DNA of 38,221 nt from a virus (Duplodnaviria; Heunggongvirae; Uroviricota; Caudoviricetes): IMG/VR virus record IMGVR_UViG_2585427971_000006, one strand, 5' to 3'. The notes under the pieces are model-generated. The model was not told the origin of the DNA. It saw only the letters and a program-made list of their open reading frames with translations, and searched no databases. Each line of letters starts with the position of its first letter. Position 1 is the first letter of the stretch. Made by a program: the position numbers and the translations under genes. Positions 1-6,402 of this stretch are shown here, in pieces.

Positions 1-171
1 TATCGCGCCCTCAACAATGAGTTTTGTGATGCGGTGCCTGGTGCCTCCAGGTGACGTTAACCAGTTAACAATTAACGCCGGATACAGAGAATCCACCCAT
101 AACACTGTTTTTGGTTTTAACTGTTCCGCGTGCGCTTAGCCGCATTCACCGCATCACAAAATTCACTTTAA

Positions 172-227
172 AAAGGGAGGCAGAGCAGTCACGGAGTAAA
201 ACTGATACCGCCAAACGTCACCAGAAA
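172..227 (-). ncRNA. dicF: DicF-like sRNA (cell-division inhibitor sRNA of Qin-type prophages)
   Basis: Reverse complement of 171-227 reads TTTCTGGTGACGTTTGGCGGTATCAGTTTTACTCCGTGACTGCTCTGCCTCCCTTTTT, matching my memory of E. coli DicF except about one base; ends in a U-run; lies downstream of the ydfC-like ORF on the same strand as in Qin. Ends are approximate. Confidence 0.7.
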
Positions 228-567
228 ATTGATAACAGAGGGCGTTGCAGCGGGGTTGTCACTTAAGCGTATGGTCAACCTGACAACCCGGTGTCCTCAA
301 CGGGGAAGGAATAACCCCGCCATACTTACCGCCGCGCCATTTCGCGTAGTGCCACAACCGGAAGCGCACGGTCGACGAAAATTTAACGACAGGCTATCTA
401 TGAACCAGCTACCTCGCCGTGCGCTTTCGCGTTATGGTCTGACTTTTCATGGAAATATCCTTTCAGTAAACTGTCAGTGCCGGATGCTCACCCGTGTCCG
501 GCGCACGCACTCCACCTCACCCGTGGAGAACTCCTTAATTACCAACCTTAGCTTCGTTGGTTAGCTA

Positions 568-786
568 TTAACGCTGGTATGTAATCATTCTGGCAATGCT
601 TAATGCCGCTGCTTTTTCCAGCCTGGTGATATCCTGCTCCAGAGCGGACAGATTTTCAGCCTGCTTAGCCCTGGCTTCATTGGCCCATTTCAGATCCTGC
701 GCTGCATTAATTTTCTGGCGCATCCACTCATAAAGTTCATCATCGGTATAGTCTGGCGCGATGATGACGGGTTCTCGTTTCTGCAT
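568..786 (-). CDS. ydfC: small prophage protein, YdfC-like (72 aa)
   Basis: Track ORF of 72 aa; size and position (last ORF before the DicF-like sRNA, same strand as the repressor) match Qin ydfC; sequence identity not verified. Confidence 0.6.
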   Translation of the reverse strand: MQKREPVIIAPDYTDDELYEWMRQKINAAQDLKWANEARAKQAENLSALEQDITRLEKAAALSIARMITYQR

Positions 787-815
787 ACTGATTCCTCGCG
801 GTGCTGCTTCGCTTA

Positions 816-944
816 TCAGCCGTTAGATTTTGCCGAGCTGGAAAGCGCCTGTTTAAACTCACTGAAGCTGAGAGCTTCTTCGCCTTCGGTAAGGCCTTCG
901 AAGTATTCTTCGTAAGCCTTTTTCATGATTGTGTCGAAATCCAT
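816..944 (-). CDS. ydfB: small prophage protein, YdfB-like (42 aa), absent from the ORF track
   Basis: Manual translation MDFDTIMKKAYEEYFEGLTEGEEALSFSEFKQALSSSAKSNG; ATG at 944-942 sits 2 nt after the stop of the upstream ORF; 42 aa matches Qin ydfB in size and position. Confidence 0.5.
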   Translation of the reverse strand: MDFDTIMKKAYEEYFEGLTEGEEALSFSEFKQALSSSAKSNG

Positions 945-945
945 A

Positions 946-1101
946 TCACTCACCTGAGTTTCTTTCCAGCCAGCGACGGGCACCATTTTCGGTTTTAAAC
1001 GTTTTGCTTTTGGTATACGTCATCGCGGTGAATGTGCCGTCCTGGTTGGGAAACACGCCGTACACCAGAGATTCGTTGTTGCCAAGATCGATAGTATCCA
1101 T
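946..1101 (-). CDS. ydfA: small prophage protein, YdfA-like (51 aa from internal ATG of track ORF 946..1182)
   Basis: Internal Met gives MDTIDLGNNESLVYGVFPNQDGTFTAMTYTKSKTFKTENGARRWLERNSGE, exactly 51 aa as expected for YdfA; first gene downstream of the repressor on the same strand. Confidence 0.55.
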   Translation of the reverse strand: MDTIDLGNNESLVYGVFPNQDGTFTAMTYTKSKTFKTENGARRWLERNSGE

Positions 1102-1287
1102 GTTGACCTCATTTCCCCTTAACGCCGGGGTAGCGGAACAAAAACCTGCTGCATAGTTATTAAAGTTGAACCCTGCCGTCATGTTCTTACGCCTCGGGCT
1201 GGCTACTTAACCCCTGACCACTGCCTGGTAACTCGAAGTATTGCCCTGCATTCTGTGGGGCGGGGTGGGTTGGTATGAAAAGAAGGA

Positions 1288-1324
1288 TACCCATAGGTAT
1301 TTAAAAAGTAAATACCCATGGGTA
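1288..1324. promoter_or_regulatory. pair of operator-like palindromes (OL-like) between repressor 3' end and the ydfA-like operon
   Basis: TACCCATAGGTA (1288-1299) and perfect 12-bp palindrome TACCCATGGGTA (1313-1324), about 25 bp centre to centre, in an AT-rich intergenic region. Confidence 0.4.
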
Positions 1325-1366
1325 AATTTTTGCGGTGTCTTAACTGGTGACTAGTTGTTTGGTGAG

Positions 1367-1786
1367 CTATGATGCGTTTTGTGCTTTCTTTTTACGGATT
1401 TCTTCGTAGATCATATTGTAATACTGTTTTTTCTCTTCAAGAGTTTTTAATAATTTATCCGCTTCACTTTCTGGCAGTTCGTCTAAGAGATCTAAAAAAA
1501 TACGTTGTCGTGGCGTTAGAACCCTTGTTTCATAACTGGAGGCTGTGTTCGTTGATGATGAAACGATACCATCCATCCATCCCCGGGGTAACCCAAAGGA
1601 CTCTTCGATAATCTCCACCATATCATCAGCGATCCGTTTTTTTCCCTTTTTCCCCTCTGGGTACAACATTCTTGATACATAAGAAGGCTCGCGCCCGATC
1701 TTTCTGGCCACGTTAACCGCTTTACCATCGCATTTCTCATCACGAATTTTGATGAGTTGCTGTCGTCTAAATTCATATTTGTCCAT
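1367..1786 (-). CDS. CI-like prophage repressor, helix-turn-helix (139 aa)
   Basis: Divergent from the cro-like gene; HTH-like segment AVNVARKIGREPSYVSRML; occupies the dicA/racR position; not similar to my recollection of K-12 DicA. Confidence 0.75.
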   Translation of the reverse strand: MDKYEFRRQQLIKIRDEKCDGKAVNVARKIGREPSYVSRMLYPEGKKGKKRIADDMVEIIEESFGLPRGWMDGIVSSSTNTASSYETRVLTPRQRIFLDLLDELPESEADKLLKTLEEKKQYYNMIYEEIRKKKAQNAS

Positions 1787-1821
1787 AGGTAAATAATAGA
1801 TGCGATTACCGCAAGGTAAAC

Positions 1822-1862
1822 AACCTGTGGGTATTGACTTTTGTTTACCTGTGGGTATTCTT
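1822..1862 (+). promoter_or_regulatory. OR-like operators overlapping a rightward promoter for the cro-like gene
   Basis: Two related half-palindromic sites ACCTGTGGGTAT (about 1823-1834 and 1847-1858) sharing the CCxxTGGGTA core of the leftward sites; TTGACT at 1834-1839 with a possible -10 TATTCT at 1856-1861; AAGGAG RBS follows at 1876-1881. Confidence 0.4.
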
Positions 1863-1886
1863 TGCTGTGTTTACTAAGGAGTAGCT

Positions 1887-2168
1887 ATGGAAGAATTAAG
1901 AATATTTCTCAATTCTCTTTCGTCAGATGAACAGCGTATGTTTGCATGCGAGTGTGGTACCAGCATCGGTTATCTAAGAAAGGCATTGAGTAAAGGTCAA
2001 GTGTTAGGGGCATCGTTATGTGTCCTTATTGAGCGAGCCAGTAATGGTGAAGTTACACGTCAGCAACTAAGGCCTTTTGATTGGATGAATATTTGGCCCG
2101 AGCTGGAAGATACCAAAACGTTAACACAACAACTTTCTAGGAGCTTGATTCATGAAAATCAAGCATGA
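1887..2168 (+). CDS. Cro/YdaS-like HTH regulator (93 aa)
   Basis: AAGGAG RBS 6 nt upstream of ATG; motif GTSIGYLRKALSKGQVLGASLCVLIERASNGEVTRQQLRPFDW typical of the YdaS/Cro-like family encoded opposite prophage repressors. Confidence 0.75.
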   Translation: MEELRIFLNSLSSDEQRMFACECGTSIGYLRKALSKGQVLGASLCVLIERASNGEVTRQQLRPFDWMNIWPELEDTKTLTQQLSRSLIHENQA

Positions 2169-2577
2169 ACACATCCGCATGGCGATGAATGTCTGGGCGC
2201 ATCCGGACGGCGAAAAAGTGCCGGCTGCGAAAATTACCAAAGCGTATTTCGAGCTGGGAATGACGTTCCCGGAACTGTATGACGACAGCCATCCGGAAGC
2301 CCTGGCCCGTAATACCCAGAAAATTTTCCGTTGGCTGGATAAAGACACCCCTGATGCTGTTGAAAAAATGCAGGCTCTGTTACCGGCGATCGAAAAGGCG
2401 ATGCCGCCTTTGCTGGTGGCCCGTATGCGCAGCCACAGTTCTGAATATTACCGTGAGATCGTCGAACGGAGGGATCGGCTGGTGAAGGATGTCGATGATT
2501 TTGTTGCGTCAGCGGTTGTTTTGTATGACCAGATGAATCGCGGCGGCCCGGCAGGGAATGCTGTGGTGATGCACTAA
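2152..2577 (+). CDS. YdaT-like protein (141 aa)
   Basis: Overlaps the 3' end of the cro-like gene by 17 nt, RBS AGGAG at 2138-2142; arrangement repressor / YdaS-like / YdaT-like as in Rac; family assignment from memory. Confidence 0.65.
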   Translation: MKIKHEHIRMAMNVWAHPDGEKVPAAKITKAYFELGMTFPELYDDSHPEALARNTQKIFRWLDKDTPDAVEKMQALLPAIEKAMPPLLVARMRSHSSEYYREIVERRDRLVKDVDDFVASAVVLYDQMNRGGPAGNAVVMH

Positions 2578-2599
2578 AAGCACGGTGTTCGGGGGTTTT

Positions 2600-3562
2600 A
2601 TGAGCAGCAAGCTTCATGGTCTTGTCTGGGAAGGGTGCGCCTTCACCGGCATGATCTTATCCAGGGTGGCGGTTATGGCCCGTCTTGCAGACTACAGCAA
2701 TGACGAGGGCGTGTCATGGCCTGCCATTGAAACTATCCGGCGTCAGATCGGTGCAAGAAGTGAATCCACAGTGAAATCGGCTATTGCAGAACTGGCGAAA
2801 GAGGGCTGGCTGACGAAGGAAGAGCGTAAGGTCGGTGGGCGTAATGTAAGCAATATCTATCGGCTTAATGTGGAAAAACTCGAAGCAGCTGCGGCGGCGG
2901 CGCGTGAGTCATATAAACCGAAAAGAAAAATTAGCCCGGCAAAAAATGACCCGTTAACAGTTGACCCGTCAAATATTGACCCCTCAACGGTTGACCCGTC
3001 AAATTTTGATGGATCAACTGTTGATAAAAAACTGCCGATTAGGGGGCCGATGATTGACCCCGATCCGTCAGTATTAAAACCTGATCCGTCAGATAAAAGA
3101 TCTTCTTGTCCGGACGCTTCGCAACCGGACCCGCAGACGGCTGAACAGGATTTTTTAACCCGACACCCTGACGCGGTTGTGTTCAGTGCGAAAAAACGCC
3201 AGTGGGGAAGTCAGGAAGATTTGGTGTGCGCACAGTGGATCTGGGGACGAATCGTGAGTCTTTACGAGCAGGCGGCCAGCTATGATGGCGAGATCACTAG
3301 ACCGAAAGAACCCAACTGGACAGCATGGGCCAATGACGTTCGCACAATGCGGATGCTGGATGGCAGAACTCACAGACAAATTTGTGAAATGTTTGGGCGT
3401 CTCCAGCGGGATTCGTTCTGGGTAAAAAACATCATGAGTCCGGCAAAACTCCGGGAAAAATGGGATGAACTGGTTATCCGCCTGGGGCGTTCGCCTGCGC
3501 AGCGTTGCGTGAATCACATTTCTGAACCGGACACTGAAATTCCGCCGGGCTTCAGGGGGTAA
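2600..3562 (+). CDS. phage replication initiation protein (N-terminal winged-helix, C-terminal DnaT/O-like domain)
   Basis: ATG at 2600 preceded by GGGGG; central DPS-rich repetitive linker encoded by iteron-like DNA repeats; C-terminal segment WGRIVSLYEQAASYDGEITRPKEPNWTAWANDVRTMRMLDGRTHRQI resembles the DnaT-type replication domain; track ORF starts at GTG 2585. Confidence 0.75.
   Translation: MSSKLHGLVWEGCAFTGMILSRVAVMARLADYSNDEGVSWPAIETIRRQIGARSESTVKSAIAELAKEGWLTKEERKVGGRNVSNIYRLNVEKLEAAAAAARESYKPKRKISPAKNDPLTVDPSNIDPSTVDPSNFDGSTVDKKLPIRGPMIDPDPSVLKPDPSDKRSSCPDASQPDPQTAEQDFLTRHPDAVVFSAKKRQWGSQEDLVCAQWIWGRIVSLYEQAASYDGEITRPKEPNWTAWANDVRTMRMLDGRTHRQICEMFGRLQRDSFWVKNIMSPAKLREKWDELVIRLGRSPAQRCVNHISEPDTEIPPGFRG
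2946..3005. repeat. four iteron-like 15-bp repeats (TGACCCGTCAA core) inside the replication gene, followed by an AT-rich tract: candidate ori
   Basis: Repeats begin at 2946, 2961, 2976 and 2991 with exact 15-bp periodicity; AT-rich stretch at 3001-3040; two further degenerate copies near 3054 and 3081. Confidence 0.55.
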
Positions 3563-3602
3563 GTGTTAATTTCTGGTCATGAGGTAATTTTCAGGAGGGC
3601 TT

Positions 3603-4025
3603 GTGGCAAAAGTTTTTACACAAGAAGAGCGGGAAAAAATTAAAGGGCAGGTTGTTGAACTCGTACGCCAGAGTGGGCGCGAGACGTTACGACAACTGGA
3701 AACTAAAACTGGGGCAACAAGATATCTGATGAGCGTTCTCGCAAGAGAGCTGGTTGCCAGCGGCGATGTATACAACTCTGGTTACGGGTTATTCCCGTCT
3801 GAACAGGCGCGTAAGGACTGGCAAAATGCCCGTAAAAAGCTCTCAAGGGCAAAGCCGAAGAAACCATCTGCGGTTGATCCGGACCTTATCTGGTCATTAC
3901 CAGACGGAGAAATACGCCGCTACGACAGGCGCCTGAATATAATCTGTCGCGAGTGCCGGAAGAGCGAAGCTATGCAGCGTGTACTGGCTTTCTATCAGGG
4001 TAATTTTCAGGAGGCGGTACTGTGA
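3603..4025 (+). CDS. hypothetical early-region protein (140 aa)
   Basis: GTG start 5 nt after AGGAGG (3592-3597); protein-like composition; no family recognised. Confidence 0.55.
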   Translation: MAKVFTQEEREKIKGQVVELVRQSGRETLRQLETKTGATRYLMSVLARELVASGDVYNSGYGLFPSEQARKDWQNARKKLSRAKPKKPSAVDPDLIWSLPDGEIRRYDRRLNIICRECRKSEAMQRVLAFYQGNFQEAVL

Positions 4026-4082
4026 GTGAAATTAGCTATCAGGCTTCAATTGCCGCTGGCATTCGCATCAAAGGAGAGGAGC

Positions 4083-4439
4083 ATGGAAATAAAACCAGAG
4101 GATGAGTTAAGCAATATCGTTTTATTTCCGGTAAAAGAGGATGACCCTCGTAATCAGGTTAATTTTCTTTATGAGCCATCGGAAAGACCATATTGCCATC
4201 ACGCTTCTGTCCGGGTTGACGAAAAAGAGCGTCAGGTCCGCTGTAAAATCTGCGGTGCAGTTGTGGAGCCATTTGACTGGATGCTCTCTGTGGCGAAAAG
4301 AGAAACCAGACTGGCAGATGATGTAAGGCTCTTGCGCCAGGAGGAACGGGAAAGGCGAAAAAATATAGAAAAGCTAATTCAGATTGAGCGTAACGCGAAA
4401 GCGCGGATACGCAGGGTGACAAAATCCAGAACTGAATAA
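4083..4439 (+). CDS. hypothetical protein with Cys/His zinc-ribbon-like motif (118 aa)
   Basis: ATG at 4083 after AAAGGAGAGG; motif CHHASVRVDEKERQVRCKICGAVVEPFDW; track ORF extends upstream to 4026 without an RBS. Confidence 0.55.
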   Translation: MEIKPEDELSNIVLFPVKEDDPRNQVNFLYEPSERPYCHHASVRVDEKERQVRCKICGAVVEPFDWMLSVAKRETRLADDVRLLRQEERERRKNIEKLIQIERNAKARIRRVTKSRTE

Positions 4440-4532
4440 TTAAATTTAGCACTGTTAAAAATTTAATCCTTAACCGGAGGGATTTCTGCACCCTCAGAAC
4501 ATCAGGAGGCCGCCCGAAAGGGCGGTAGTTAA

Positions 4533-4715
4533 ATGCGAAAGTTTAAAATAATTATTGAAACGGGAATAGCCGGTGGAGATTTCGAGGATGAATTCGAAGT
4601 GGATAATGATGCGACGCCTGATGAAATACATGACGAAGCAAAAGATATTGTCTTTAACTACTGCAATTACTCATATCACGAAATAAAAGACGAAGAGGAA
4701 GAACAAAATGGCTGA
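4533..4715 (+). CDS. small acidic protein (60 aa), nin-like region
   Basis: Track ORF; strongly acidic; a GC hairpin GCCGCCCGAAAGGGCGG sits between an AGGAGG (4504-4509) and the ATG. Confidence 0.45.
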   Translation: MRKFKIIIETGIAGGDFEDEFEVDNDATPDEIHDEAKDIVFNYCNYSYHEIKDEEEEQNG

Positions 4716-4884
4716 TTTTGGTTCAACTAAATACAACGTCAGTTTTGAAGAATGGCATGAACTGTTAATGGACTATGCAGAGTTACGTGGTGGCAGTGCT
4801 GCTGATGCTGAAGCATGGCGTGATGATTATGAAGCAGGAAAAACTCCGGTCGAAGCATATTGTGATGAGTGGGGCGATGAATGA
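4708..4884 (+). CDS. small protein (58 aa), absent from the ORF track
   Basis: Manual translation MADFGSTKYNVSFEEWHELLMDYAELRGGSAADAEAWRDDYEAGKTPVEAYCDEWGDE; start overlaps the upstream stop; stop overlaps the next ATG (ATGA at 4881-4884). Confidence 0.45.
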   Translation: MADFGSTKYNVSFEEWHELLMDYAELRGGSAADAEAWRDDYEAGKTPVEAYCDEWGDE

Positions 4885-5197
4885 GCGAGGTTAATTATCA
4901 GGAAGGGCATGAAACGGCGGGGCAAGCAAAAACAGTGGCATGGCGATATCGCTACGTGAAAAAAAAGGCGTTACGGACTTTCAGGGGAAGTAGTGGTCTG
5001 GTGACTGGAAATATGTACCGAAAAAAGAGGATTGTAACGACAGGCCGAACTATGAAATTCAGGCCTTATTCACTGCCCCGCCAGTCCCGGTTACATCAGA
5101 AGAACTGGTTAAAGCTGTGCACTTTTATGAACAACTAAAACGCGAAAATCCACCAGCATCCGGAAACCTGATTACAGATTCCCAGATAAGGCAATGA
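4881..5197 (+). pseudogene. nin-region gene disrupted by a frame change, or fused by -1 frameshifting
   Basis: Frame-0 ORF 4881..5138 turns into basic low-complexity sequence, while frame 2 (open 4994..5197) encodes protein-like sequence EDCNDRPNYEIQALFTAPPVPVTSEELVKAVHFYEQLKRENPPASGNLITDSQIRQ without a start codon; A_AAA_AAG heptamer at 5021-5027 and an 8-A run at 4959-4966. Confidence 0.3.
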
Positions 5198-5367
5198 GCT
5201 ACCTGACGCAGAACGGGCTGATAAGTATGGGGAATGTTTTACGATGAATATTTAGACTAAAGAGTTTGTAACGCTATGTAAGTGATTTTTTCTGGTTTAG
5301 ATATTTATATGTCCGGCCAAATTGAGGTGTGTTTAAATGTAATTGCACATTGATTGTAGGAGGAATA

Positions 5368-5547
5368 ATGAAAAACGCATTGCAGTTTTTGTTTGTTGCG
5401 TTCTGGTTGTTCGTATCATGTATGCCCATCATCTTCACAGCAAGGTATATGGAAAAAGTTGATGTTTTGATATTAATATTTGGATATATAAATGCCCTTT
5501 TTTTAGGGGTGTTCATGGCGGTCATGTGCATTGAATACTGGCGGTAA
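5368..5547 (+). CDS. small two-helix membrane protein (59 aa) in an AT-rich islet
   Basis: AGGAGG at 5358-5363 before ATG 5368; hydrophobic segments FLFVAFWLFVSCMPIIF and ILIFGYINALFLGVFMAVMCI; track ORF starts further upstream. Confidence 0.45.
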   Translation: MKNALQFLFVAFWLFVSCMPIIFTARYMEKVDVLILIFGYINALFLGVFMAVMCIEYWR

Positions 5548-5602
5548 ATACAGCGAACGCCATTGGTTTAGTTGGATATTTACTGTGCCGGACAAAAACG
5601 GT

Positions 5603-5630
5603 TTGCGGGGAAATCTTAGTTAAGTAGAAT
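5603..5630 (+). promoter_or_regulatory. sigma70-like promoter of the hok-family mRNA
   Basis: TTGCGG (5603-5608), 16-nt spacer, TAGAAT (5625-5630); predicted start near 5637 coincides with the 5' element that is complementary to the 3' end of the mRNA. Confidence 0.45.
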
Positions 5631-5749
5631 GACTGCGGGTGCTTGAGGCTATCTGTCTCAGGCATGAACACCAAAAGGCAGATAGAGAAAAGCCCCAGTT
5701 AACATTACGCGTCCTGCAAGACGCTTAACATTAATCTGAGGCCATATCT

Positions 5750-5809
5750 ATGCGACACATAGAGATTAGCCTCTTACGGACCGAAAGGTCAAGGAGAAGC
5801 AGGCTATGA
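5750..5809 (+). CDS. short leader ORF overlapping the hok start (mok-like, 19 codons)
   Basis: ATG at 5750 with GAGG 8 nt upstream; stop TGA at 5807-5809 overlaps the hok ATG at 5806, as expected for translational coupling. Confidence 0.35.
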   Translation: MRHIEISLLRTERSRRSRL

Positions 5810-5961
5810 AGCAGCAAAAGGCGATGTTAATCGCCCTGATCGTCATCTGTTTAACCGTCATAGTGACGGCACTGGTAACGAGGAAAGACCTCTGCGAGGT
5901 ACGAATCCGAACCGGCCAGACGGAGGTCGCTGTCTTCACAGCTTACGAACCTGAGGAGTAA
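5806..5961 (+). CDS. hokD: Hok/Gef-family type I toxin (51 aa)
   Basis: Manual translation MKQQKAMLIALIVICLTVIVTALVTRKDLCEVRIRTGQTEVAVFTAYEPEE, absent from the ORF track; matches my memory of RelF/HokD and closely resembles Gef; AAGGAGAAG RBS; hokD-rem-ydfU-quuQ order as in Qin. Confidence 0.85.
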   Translation: MKQQKAMLIALIVICLTVIVTALVTRKDLCEVRIRTGQTEVAVFTAYEPEE

Positions 5962-6029
5962 GAGACCTGGCGGGGGAGAAATCCCTCGCCACCTCTGATG
6001 TGTCAGGCATCCTCAACGCACCCGCACTT

Positions 6030-6056
6030 AACCCGCTTCGGCGGGTTTTGTTTTTT
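6030..6056 (+). terminator. intrinsic terminator of the hok mRNA
   Basis: CCCGCTTCGGCGGG hairpin followed by TTTTGTTTTTT. Confidence 0.6.
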
Positions 6057-6128
6057 CCTGGCATTCTGGTTTACAATTCGCACGTCAGCCTGAACACCTG
6101 ACACCTGCTGCGCCAGCAGAGAAAACAG

Positions 6129-6401
6129 ATGGCGCACAAAACCAAATTTCACAATTCTGATACCGACCTTGCCATCCGGCATGAGCGGCGTTCACACGCA
6201 TTTAAAACCGACTGGTACCAACACCCACCATGTACTGAAGAACAGGCCGAATGGCTGATTCATTCTTACCGCAGGCGCGGGTTCGAGGTTAAGAAAGCTC
6301 TCAGTCTCGACTATCGGCACTGGATAATCTCTGTCAGGCTGCCTTATTCCGAACGCCCACCACGTCCGTCCCGCACTTTCCAGCAACGGATCTGGAGGTA
6401 A
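6129..6401 (+). CDS. hypothetical protein (90 aa), in the position of Qin rem
   Basis: Track ORF; stop 1 nt before the start of the DUF968 gene; weak RBS; assignment by position only. Confidence 0.4.
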   Translation: MAHKTKFHNSDTDLAIRHERRSHAFKTDWYQHPPCTEEQAEWLIHSYRRRGFEVKKALSLDYRHWIISVRLPYSERPPRPSRTFQQRIWR

Positions 6402-6402
6402 C

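Noticed and set aside
229-564. 111-aa plus-strand ORF between the DicF-like sRNA and the ydfC-like gene
   Set aside because: Antisense to the minus-strand operon transcript, no RBS, odd Arg/Pro-rich composition; more likely untranslated spacer of the dicF precursor
801-1156. Plus-strand ORFs 801..998 and 929..1156
   Set aside because: They overlap, in antisense, the better-supported ydfB-like and ydfA-like minus-strand ORFs and lack translation signals
2234-2617. 127-aa minus-strand ORF
   Set aside because: Antisense to the YdaT-like gene; His/Pro/Arg-rich spurious frame
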